From assembly GCA_964106645.2 (NCBI GenBank), contig OZ067038.1: DNA of 64,000 nt; one strand, 5' to 3'. Below are positions 12,301 to 24,742 of the stretch, in pieces. The number at the start of each line of letters is the position of its first letter. The first letter of the stretch is position 1. The DNA is from Podarcis pityusensis. Lineage: Eukaryota. Made by a program: the position numbers and the translations under genes. The notes under the pieces are model-generated. The model was not told the origin of the DNA and made no database searches. It saw nothing but the letters and a program-made list of their open reading frames with translations.

Positions 12301-15300
12301 ATTTATAACTCAAGTTGTTGTTTTTTTTATGACAAAAGCAGCTTTTAACCGTTTCATAATACATCTTAACCTTCTGTTTTGCTTTTGTTTTTTATTATAC
12401 CATTAAACTTTGCAGTATAAGATGCAATGAGGAAACATACACAAGGATTTTAATTATAATTTATCACATCTTCATTTTCTAGCTAGAAGTACTAGGCAGT
12501 TTTTTAATGATCCTTTTCAAAGCATATGGCTCTAATTTTGTTCTTATTGTCAAATGTTCATTTTAGGACTTATTTATGAAAACAAATTATGTGTAAGGCC
12601 ATCAGAATGCCCTTGTGATTATCACGGATCTGTCTACAGAACTGGTGCTGTGGTTCATGAAGAATGCAACAACTGGTTAGTAACATTCCATATATTTGTT
12701 CCTTTTAATATAGCACGAATTCCCTAAACAATGTCCAATATATAAGCCTTAGCATATGTGCCAGTCCTTACTTTTGTAAAGCATACACCTTCATAGAAAG
12801 GTGCGTTCTCTTTCCTTTTGCCATTTGTAATTTTGTGGAATAATCTTAATTTTAATGGTTTTGCGTACTAAATATGGTGACCAGTTCTTTTGCATGCCTT
12901 TGGTGCATGAAGGTTTCAAGCTCCCAGACTCTTCTCCTTATCATACAATCTGTGCTTGAGTTTTTAAATAAGTGCTGACAGGATGGTGAGGAAGATGCTG
13001 TACTTGCAGTCAGCTGGTTGTGATGGGCTTGCTGAACCTCACAACGTAGGGAGGATGTTTGCATCATTTCTTTGAGAGATTTACTTAGCTTTTTAGTTTG
13101 TGGCTGAGCATTCTGTGACATAGCCTATTCAAAACTTTAACCTAAACACACTTTATGGGTCTGCAATTATGCAACCTTTAAGACCTGTGTCAAACCTTCA
13201 TTAACATCGAAATGCCCATTCATTTTCCTTAGTGTTCCCCAGGTGTATCTTGCATTCTGAGACTTGTGGCATAATTTCAATCAGAGTGCTGTGCTCTGCC
13301 CCTACTTCTGCCTTTTCATGGTTTCATGACTTGGTATCAATTAAAGCATTCACTATAAGGTTTCCTTTGCAGTCCTACAACTGTTACTTCCAGTTGCCAC
13401 ATAAGGGCTATGCCAACAGCCTTAAAACATCAAATAATTCTTTCTGTTTTCAGTACATGTGCTGGAGGAAAATGGATTTGCACAAATCTTACCTGTCCAG
13501 GTATGTCTGTTCTCAGATATTTTATTCAAATATTTTTCACTGGGTATATTGCATGTGATCCAAGTGTTAATATTGATGTCTGATTATTTTTCCAATCTTT
13601 CCTAGTTATTTACACCTGGAAAGCAGCATATAAATGCTTAAAAGGATTATCAGCTCCCAGAATGCAAACTGTAATCACTAATTCCTTCAGGCTTTTTTTC
13701 CACTATTGCGACTTTAATATCATATATTACTAGCAGCACAGAATATTTTGGTAACATATTGAAACACTTTTAACCCCCCCCCTTTTTTTAGCTGAATGTT
13801 CAGTCTCAGGAGATATTCACTTCATGACATTTGATGGGCGCAAGTATACTTTTCAAGCCACTTGCCAGTATATTCTGGCAAAAAGCCTCACCTCCGGAAA
13901 ATTTGCTGTGACTCTGCAAAATGCTCGTTGTGGACAGGTAAGACTGTAAGAGCAAATGTTTGGGCTGCATCAAGTGTGGGTACTTAACTGGCATTATCAA
14001 AAAGATTAAACTAAATTTATAAGTTTATAAGTTCCCCTTCGGTGAATGGAAGGAACTTTTCATTCACTGAAAGATTCCTCCCATTCATGGAAGGTTACCT
14101 TTGGATCCAGTTCTAATTTCCTTGGGGAAGGACCATAGCTCAGTGGATGTAGAAGGTCCTAGGTTAGGTCCCTTCAGTTTATGTGTATCTGTGTCGTGAG
14201 AAATTACTGTGCAGACATTTCTCTTAAAAAACTAACTGTCTCTGAATATGCAGTGGCAAAAGGTGGATAGCAAATAGCACATGTGCTTTCTTATGACTTT
14301 ATTTTAATAATAATAATGTAATTAATTTAATTAATTAATTAATTTATACCCGGCCCACCTGACTGGGTTTCCCCAGCCACTCTGGGCAGCTAATGGTGCC
14401 TGTGGTATTGTAACAGGAGGTTATGTAAAGAAATAGTCAACAGTACAGTGTTGAAACCTTTTGCCAAGGGAGGTGTAGAATTATTTCATCTGATATATAT
14501 TTGTAAAAAAGAAATATTTGCTCTTTTTATCTCATTTTATAGGTACTGAAAATATTGACTTTTTATCTAGTTCCTCTAAGGTTTATAGTTTTCTACTTAA
14601 GTCATGGATAGCTGCTGTAGTGCTCTCCACATGTTGGTGGACTACAATTCCCATCAGTCACAGCTAGCATGGTCAAGGATGATGAGAGTTGTATTCCACC
14701 TGGAGGGCACTGTATTAGCTACTCTTGACTTCAGTAAAATGTTTAAATAATATAGTAATATAATAATATGCTTTCTACGTTCAGCTCATCTTGCAGATGG
14801 CAAGTCCAACAAAGGATACACTGTTCATTGTTAAGATCTAGAGTGCCTTAGAAAGGCAGTTTTAGAATGGCATATAATCTCCCAAGCGCCTGCACAGAGT
14901 CCATAGCTGTACACATACCACTTTAATAATCTGTTAGTGTCTCTGTGAGGATATACAATAAAGCACCTTTTCTTCCAACAAAGCCACTTTGCAAGCATTT
15001 TCTTTTCTAAGTTGTTGATCAAATACAGTCTAACGAAAACTTGAAGCGACAAAATCTCAAGGCACAAGGCATTGACTCATAAGGATTGATTCAGTTAAAC
15101 TGTGTTTTTAACAACCACAATGCATTGATTTGTGAATAATCTAATAAACTGTAATATCGAATGCTTGGTTTCTAGTTGTCATCTTTGAAAACGGTTGCTT
15201 AAAATGTCTTATGTAGAAACACCAAATTATGAGATAAGGAAATGTTGCATTTTTTTATTAGACATTAGCATAAATTACTCTATTTCACTGTCTTGATTTT

Positions 15301-18300
15301 TTTTTCTGAGCCTTGGATTTCTGTAGAGTTACTGAGAAATTTTCATTAAAATGCTAGAGCTCTATCGCAATAAAGCAGATTACTATACTGAAAAAGAAAA
15401 AACCTCCAGCAACAGCCAGATAACACCTGAACAGGTTTTCAACTCATTGAATCACAAAGAGTACAGTTACTTAGAGCCTCAGGTTTGGTGACAAAAGCAA
15501 TCATCATGCAGCAAGTGAGTTTGGAATGATGTAAAATTTAGCTTTAAACACTTTTTGAAAGAGGATCAGTCAAGTGATCAGCATAGCTTAGCCTTATCTG
15601 AGTCTCAAATGACAGTATCACTAGGTTTTGTGGTTAGTTATGGTAAGAAGGATATTTTAATATAGGAATTTCTATTAAATGTCTGGTGATGAGTGAGGTA
15701 CAGTTCATGAGAAGGCAGCTGCTGATAGTTAGCGGAGTCAATGTTATGAAAGAAACAATTCATTGGATCAGAGAATTATTGCCAGGATTTTAGAGCCTAT
15801 TTTAGACAATATGCATATGCATACACAGATATATGTAGCCAATATATACTCCCACATTCATCTACTGCTCTTAACATTTAAGGGCTTGATTGGACATCTT
15901 GAAAATGTCTCTGTGAGGATATACAATATATAAGGATTTGATTACAATATATAAGGATTTGATTGGACATCTTGAAAATTATATACAATATATATATAAA
16001 ATTATATACAATATATAAGGATTTGATTGGACATCTTGAAAATGGCATAGGAAGCTGCCGTATGTGGCCAGACAATTGGTCCACCTAGTTCCAGTACTGT
16101 CTGACTTACCTGACTGACTGTACAGGGTCTCAGGCAGAAGTCTTTCTCTCACTTGCTACCTGGCCATTTTTTAACAGTAGCTGCCAAGAATTAACCATGG
16201 GATCTTCTGTGTACAGTCATACCTCGGGTTGCAATTGCTGCGGGTTGCGTGTTTTCGGGTTGTGGACGCGCCAAACCCGGAAGTACTGGAACGGGTTACT
16301 TCTGGGTTTCGGCGCTCATGCATGCACACTAAATTGCACTTTGTGGATGCGCAGAAGCGCCGAATCGCATCATGCGCGTGCGCAGACGCGGCGCTGCAGG
16401 CTGCAAACACTGCGGGTTCACGGATCACATTTGCAACCCAAGGTTCCACTGTACAAGATATGTGCTTTACCTTTCAGATATGGGCATTTCTACCTTATCT
16501 AGGGTATATATCTCAGCTCATGTCTATCCGAGTCTTGAAACTTGCTTTGCCACTATAGAAGTTGGAAGCAGTATGCTTCTGAATACTAGTTACTGGAAAC
16601 CACAGGAGGGGAGAGTGTTCTGGTGCTCATGAGCTGCCTGCTGGTCTCCCATGGGATCTGGTTGGCCACTGTGAGAACAGGATGCTCTGCTAGATGGCCA
16701 TTGGCCTGATCCAGCAGGCTCTTCTTATCTTCTTAAATTATAAATATCATCTTACTGGGTGTTCTCATTTTCATAGCACTGCATTTTGTGGTATGTAAAA
16801 TCTCCAAGCAAATTATTAACTGATTTTTGTGTACCAGTGACTTTCCCAGGAGATACTTTCCTGCTCTACACCTGTCAAATTCTACCAAAAGGCAAATAGG
16901 TCTTAATCCCAAGCTTATTTTGCAATGCTGCTCTTCAATTTATTTGTAGAATCAAGATGGAGCATGTATCCAGTCAGTCAGTCTTATTCTCAATCAAGAT
17001 TCCAAGAGGCAAGTGACTCTGACCCATTCAGGAGATGTTTTGGTATATGATCAGTACAAAGTAAATCTGCCTTATATTGATGGTAAGTAAAATAAATAAC
17101 ACTTAGCCACAGTTGAAATGCTATGATTTAAATTATGTCTACATATCATGCCCTAATTCCATCATGTCAATCATTCTGGTTTTCTTCTCCTATAGCTTCA
17201 CTTAGCCCTCTGTTTCCTTCCTCTAATATCTACATCATCTCATGGTACCCCTGGAACCAGATGTTAGTTGTATATTCACTCCAGATGCTGCTGAACTAAA
17301 ACTCCTATCATCCATGGCCACTGGCCATGCTTGCTGGGCCTGATGGGGTTACAGTCCATCCACATCTGGAAGGCCAAAGGTTTCCCACACTTGATATAGA
17401 TAGATGAACTAAGTGATACACATAAAGGAAGCCTTTTTACTGATGGACAAGCTATCTTCAGCCTCAATCAGCTTGAGCAACAAATTATTTTTAGGAGGCT
17501 TCAATGAACAACAAATCATCCAAAGCAATTATTTTAGCTTGATTCTTTCCAGATCTTATCTTGCTGTCAGTTCCATCATTGAGAGTTTAACAGTCAACCC
17601 TTCATCAGCACCCCCACTGCTGCTACCCACAAGGACACATTGTGGTGTTGAAAAGTGCTCATAGTATCTAGACTTCCTTGAGAACCTCGTGTCACCACTT
17701 GTCACCTGGGTAGGTTTGCAAAAGGTGGTGGTGATGAGGGCTCAGGGCATTCGTAAAATAGAGTACATTCTGATCTCCGCAAAACAATTTTATTTGAGTT
17801 AAATTCAAGTAGCGATTAGGAGGTTAATTTGCAACTAACATTAAACACATTGTGAAGAATAAAAGCAACTACTGATCTCTTGATAATATTGTAGATGACT
17901 ATTAATACATTTTTTCTGCAATGTTTATCTACTAGACGCATTTGAAATACGGAAACTGTCCTCTGTATTTTTGCAAATAAAGTCATATATTGGATTACAA
18001 ATACTGTATGACTGGAAGGGCTTGAGGCTCTATCTCAAAGCTGATGCTCAATGGAAAGATGATACCATAGGACTTTGTGGGACTTTCAACGGAAATATGC
18101 AAGATGATTTTTTGTATGTATCATTAATATTTTTAAAAAATACTTCTATCTTCATGAATATTGATTCCCCCCAAACAGTATAGAAAAACATAGTAGCTCT
18201 TTATTAGAATAAAATATAAAATTTGATTAGCAAACCTAGTATTAATTAAATAATAATAACATTGAAGAAATTCAACCCAGAAGAGAGATCTTGTAATAAT

Positions 18301-21300
18301 ATATCTTGTTACTTTCAAGGGTCTGATTCTTGGGAGCAAGAACGCTCTGCTTAAATGTCCTTTCAAATGATTTTAATACACAAATATTTAATTTAATAAG
18401 AATTTTCCTGTAGAGAAGTACAAAATATAGAATGCATAAGAGGAAGACTTACCCTAGTGTGTTTTAATTTGTTGGAAGCAGCCCAGAGTGGCTGGGGTAA
18501 CCCAGTCAGATGGGCAGGATATAAATAAAATAAATAAAATAAAATAAACCACAATGAATCCAGTACATAGTCTCTTGAAATTAATGAGACAACACCATGA
18601 CTTTGAATTACTGTTTGTACTTGCTATTTGAAATATATCCTTTTTGTGACATTGTTTTTTTTAAATGGGGGAAAGATCTCCAGTAGGAGTGCCAGAAAGT
18701 ACACCACAGCTTTTTGGAAATTCCTGGAAAACTTCATCTGCCTGTGGTCTTGAGCACGATTATTCACCAGTGGATCCATGTGATATTCATCTACAATCAG
18801 GTAAGTGTGATGATATTATAGACAGATATTGATGATGGGTTTGGAAGCATTATAAGAAGCTGTTGCAAAAGAGGAATTGTGAGCAACATCATGGGAGGAA
18901 TGTTTCTAGTACCAAAATGAAACTTTCAAGCTCCCTTGTAGTTTCTGCTATTGCCAGCAGCAAAATGTTGTTGCATTTATAGGGTCATATTCAATTAACT
19001 TTTACTCAGTGGTGATCCATTGAAATTTCTGACCCTGAATAACCCATTGTATTGATTTTTTTTTGGTGTGTATCTTAGTACATTTGCTACAATAATGTTT
19101 TTATTATTCTGGTTGTGAAATTGATTTTGATATTGTTGACTTTGAGATGTATTGCTGTTCTCTTTGTTGTAAGCCACTTTGAGCATGATGTTGTTTGTGT
19201 GTGTTGAAAGGAGTGTGGAAAGGCATTCTTATTAGTATTCCTAATTAAGCATATCTGTGTTTTAAGTCATTATAGACAGCTGGTTATATTTCATTTGAGT
19301 TTTCATCGCTCAGTTGTGCAGCTGACAAAAAATGCATTTCATGCTTCATTATTGTCAAGGATTGTGTAGAAGAAGTAATATAAAACAATGATAATATATG
19401 TAATCAATATCATGACCCTGACTGAGCTTTATTTACTGAAAATATAGTAATAAAATTTATATCTGATGAACTGAAGAGAAATATTAATAGCGATTGCTAT
19501 TTGGAAAATTCCCATAAAAATGACTCTAGTCAGTTGTAGAGTTCTGTAACTGGCTGTGGCTTATCTATGGCTGAATCAGATAAGCTGTAAAAAGTAATGT
19601 TTGTTCCACAGAAGAAAGCCTTTGCTATTAAATTTGGAGACTCTAACATGGTTATTTTATTATCATTTACTTTAACAGCCACTTATGCAACAGAAGCTTG
19701 CGGCATCATTACAAAAGAACTCTTTGCCCCATGCTTCTCCTACCTGAGTCCTCTCCCCTATTTTGAACAGTGCAGAAGAGATACCTGTAAATGTGGGCAG
19801 ATCTGCATGTGCTCCGCTCTGTCCCATTATGCCCACCTGTGCCACAGATATGGAGTGGTGATAGACTTTCGGAGTTACGTCCCAGAATGTGGTAAGTTAT
19901 TGTTCAGCATGTAATTAATTTAATGGCTGTCTGACATCTTGTGTACATTTCAAGACTAATCTAAATTTGAGAAATCATTTGCTGGATATCCAAATTGAAT
20001 GCACATGGTTAGATTGAAATAACCATGCGCTACAGTAGATCAAAGTGGTACATGACTAGATGAGAAACATGGTAATGAAGAAAGCCCAAACTGTGAAGCT
20101 TGCTTGGGAACCAAGCACTGCATTCTCCTGTGAACAATATTCTGGGGCACACATGCAGGTCCACAGGCAAAAATGGGCAGAGCAATGAATATGACTCTTA
20201 CTATTTTACAGTATGCTACATTCCAGCCATGCAAAAACCAGTTTTTTCTACACCCCCCTCAACAACTTGTTTCATCCAGGCAAGCAAGGGGCATGATCAC
20301 AGCTAAATGACACATTCAAGCTAGGTAAAAGCACATAGATATGGTGCAAAGCCGAACCAGGGATACGGTTGTACAGTCTAGTATATAAATTATAGTATGC
20401 TATAAAAAGATCTTTAAAAAGATCCTGTACAAGACTTGCACAAATGGAAGAACTTCTCTTTATTTGGGGTGATTTTGTCATGCTACGGTGGACACAGCCC
20501 TTCCATTTGTGGATGATTTGTTCCACTAATAGTGGAAGGGTACCTTTGATCCAAGCCATTCCTATTTAAATATATTAAGGAAAATTTCTGTTTGGTTCCC
20601 TCCTCCAAACTAAGCTCACTTTCTCCCATTTATTTTTTCATTTTTCTTGTTTAAATGACCCAGTTATAGTTAGCCATGTAAGTGGGATCCAATGTGATTT
20701 GCAAGTCTAGTTTACAGTACTTGGTGGCTGTGTAAAGTAACCTAAGGGGGTCTTAGTGTGGGGGGAAAAATTCAGGCCTACACTAAATGTTGAGAGCATA
20801 ATAAATAAATAATTTTCTTTGTGTAGTAAAAGTGTAAACACTTCATAGTCAGCAATACACGAGGATATGATTTAGGGCTAACTGAACTTGGACTTAGGTT
20901 GTAGTTCTGTGCACATTTTCCAGAGAGTGAGTCCCCTGAACACAATGTGACTTATTTCCAAATAAGCATGCAAGAAACCATCCCAGTGTGTGGGATGAAA
21001 TGTGTTACAGGCCTTTGAGAGTGGATTGCCTTTTATGCGTTTGGCTTGTAATATGAGAAGTCTGTTTCATTTGCCTAGCTCTTTCATGTGAAGATACAAA
21101 GGAGTACAGTACCTGTGTATCTACTTGTGGCAGATCCTGCCAAGCTTTCTCTGTGCCAGAGACGTGCAGTGATGATTGTGTTGAAGGCTGCACCTGTCCT
21201 CTTGGAATGTATCTGAACATCAAAACTGACAGATGTGTGCAACAGTAGGTATAATTTGTAGTGCTGACACCAACCACTTTGTAAAAGTATATTTTCAGAT

Positions 21301-24300
21301 TTAAGGGGCTAGCTGAGAAATTGGTTTAACTTTCAGACATGAAATGAACTGCAGAACTAAAGAGGCGGCGGGGGGGGGGGGGAGATGCTGCATTTAGCCA
21401 GCAGTGGGAATACAGGGTTCGTTGATGCTTATATGAGATGGTTGTAAACTGGGGATGGCCAAACTTTTCCGTCAGTTTTGGCTCAAAGTATGAGAGAGTG
21501 CACTGGAATGGCCCCTCCAAGACTGTCTGCTTTTGCTTCACGTTTACCAAGTGAAGAAACAGGCAACAGTGCTGAGCAAGATATGTATATATAGGAACCC
21601 ACACACAATTCTGTGATAGAGCTAAGCATTCCTGGACCCTCACCTGGGAATGGATGAGCAGATTAAGTCCATTTTTGTCTCGTGCTCCAAAGAGCCTGTT
21701 GTGCCATGTTTCCATGTGATTTTTTTAGTGTTCAGAGTTTACTGGAGATTACCAAATTTGCATCATCCTGCAGTTCCATATCTTGAGAATATGTGAGGTA
21801 ATTTATTGAGGTTTCTGATTGTCACAGCCCTATTCATTTTGTTTTCCTTAGAAAATATATTTTGTGACCAGCATGGATTACTGCTGAAGGGGAAACAGTA
21901 CATAAATGCTTGTCCATAGGCTCTGCCATTTGTTATTTATTATTGGCTGTGGATAGTACAGTGATAGGAATGCATTCCAATATACAGTGTTTGGCAAGAA
22001 TACTTGTTAATATGTTAATAACTATTTTTAAAGTAAATGCATCTTTATAACGGGGGGAGTCTGTGTTGTTTCCATGGAAACAAATTTTCTATTTCCCCCC
22101 CCCTTTATAGAAATGAATGTCCCTGCTATTTTCAGGGTATTGACTATTCACCTGGAGAAAACATAATCACATCTTTGGGAAAATGGTAAGGGCAGTTTAT
22201 AATGTTCTGTGGGTTTTGCCAAGTATACCATCTGGCAGAAGTTTATGCTGCTGTGTTTAGCAGACACTGGGTTTGCCCCATCCCTTCTGACTTTGGAACA
22301 GAGATCAGCCACAGGGAGAGAGCATTGGTGTTGCTTAAAAAGATGGCACTGTTCCTTTCCACTGCATTCTTCCCTTCTGCTTCTGCAGGTGGCCTGTCTC
22401 ACAGTCTGTATGGGCCTTCACTAGCTATGCTTTTGGAGGGCTAAGAATGAATTTTTAAGATGGCTTCCCTTGTGGCCCCATCTTTTTTCACCTGCTCAAT
22501 ACTGTATGTATTGAAGTCTGAAATATTAATTTGATTTGTGACTTGGGTCACATCCACACCATAGATTTAAAGCACCTTTAATAATCAATTCCATGTGCTG
22601 CTCTGGTTCGCCAGAAGCGGCTTAGTCATGCTGGCCACCTGGAAGCTGTACGCCGGCTCCCTCGGCCAGTAAAGCGAGATGAGCGCCGCAATCCCAGAGT
22701 CGGCCACAACTGGACCTAATGGTCAGGGGCCCCTTTACCTTTTAATACTCAATTTAAAGCACATATCCCCCAAAGAATCCTGGGAAATCTGGTGCAAGAG
22801 TTTCTTAAAAGGGAAATCAGAGGGAAAATAGCATGTATGTACAGTACTGGCACCATTCTTTTCTTTGAAGAACTCTGACCAGATTCCTTAAGTTTATACA
22901 AAAAGATTCTGATGGTCCTGACTTCTTGTACCTTTGTTTCAGCCAATGCAGAGATGGAATGATGAACTGTGAGGAAAACAACATTGGTATGTAACATAAA
23001 GATGTTATTTAACCCAGAATTCCTCATAGAGTCCTAGCCATGCCAAAGTTAGAGCTCCCTGTTATACACATCAAACATGGGCAGGACTTTTCTAAGGGAA
23101 GGGCTGAGCCAGACCGGGACCCAATGGATCTCAAGCTGATCTCAGTGCTATTCAGGCTGGCATAACACTTTGTCTACCTTTGCTTTCTTTCCTGTAAGTG
23201 ATGGGACTGTGGATGCTGGCTATTGGCTCAGCCTCTCTGTCATGACTTGCCACTTCTCGACTGTGGTTTGGATTATCTTGCTCATTTTTAGTGTGCCGTT
23301 TTGGTTTGTTCCCCAGTAACTGGTAGTCAGAGGTATACTGACTCTAAACCTTGAGGTTCTACACAGCAGTTAGGATTAGAAGTCCCTGATAGATTTCTCC
23401 TCCATGTATTTGTCTAAACCTCTTTTAAAATCACATGAACTACTGGCCTGCCCACTACCACAACCCATAACAGCAAATTCCATAAATTAATGGTGAAATG
23501 TGTGAGAAAGTAGTTTCAGTTGTCCACCGTGAGTCATGACTCTCCTCCAGTCAGTTTCGTCAGATGGCCTGGAGTTCTTAGTGTGATGAGAGAGGGACAA
23601 AAACTCTCTAAAGAAGTAGATGTGTAGGAGTGAAGACCAAATGTATAAATACAAAATGGAGGAATCTGGCTAGGCTTTAGCTTTAAAGAGGGTGCTTTGG
23701 GTTTTATGGTAAAGAGCAAACTAAATATGATGTATGTGTGTCTTCTATTGTTGTAGTTCATGACTGTCCAGATGACCAGATCTATGTAAACTGCAGTAAT
23801 CCACAAACTATGGAGCTTGGCCGGGAGAGAACATGTGAAAACCAACTGCTAAACCTCACTATATCGGCACATCTTCCTTGTTTTTCAGGATGCATGTGTC
23901 CTCAGGGGTAAGTAAAGACAAACACAGGTTCAATTTTATCCTACTAGTATAAAACCTATGGCCACTTCAGCACCTAGTGTACATTTGGTAGTATGGCCTT
24001 CTGCCTTTTAAGATGTCAAAGACATTTGATGACTATGGCTAGCTCAAGTTATTTTGGCAGCAGAGGCAAGAGGATGATTCACCCTCCTCCCATCTTGTCA
24101 TATGCTGGACATCAAAAAGCAAGCATCATGCAACGAAGCAGTGTTAAGAAGCCTCCATTGATTAAACAACCTCCAGTCCATTCTTATTCCTGTGGAGTTG
24201 TGCAGCTTTGTTATCTTTTCCATGGGGCGTTTGTACCCATTGTAGAACTCACTCAATATTTTCAGGAATGAATCTGGTGCCCTCTGGATGTTTGGGACTA

Positions 24301-24706
24301 TAACTCCCAACAGTTCCTCCCAAACAGGAACTGTTTTAACTATGGAATCAGTTGCACATCTTTATTAAGAAGGCATCATGGTTTAGGTTTGGAGGGCACC
24401 AGTTTGGTTAAGGCTGGTATAGAGACATCCAGACTGGGTATCTTTTCCACAGAGGGTCCGTTTTATTAAAAGCAGTATCTCTGTATGAAGAATTTGGGTG
24501 GGATTCACCTAACCAACCTTGTCAGCAGAAGCCCCACTCAAGGACTTCCACTTGTGCAGTGGGGTTTCCCATTCCCTCATGTGTGTCTGCCTCCCAAATT
24601 GGCTCAGACTAGTTTGGGAGAACCCCGAAAACAGCATGCAGGGGGAGAAAAACGGGGGTTGTTCCATTTGGCAAGCTGAAATGCTTGTGCAGATGGAGCA
24701 ACTGGA

Positions 24707-24742
<36 letters not shown>

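Noticed and set aside
15886-16044. CRISPR-like repeat/spacer array
   Set aside because: Vertebrate intron with irregular spacing; the spacers are themselves local copies and there are no cas genes.
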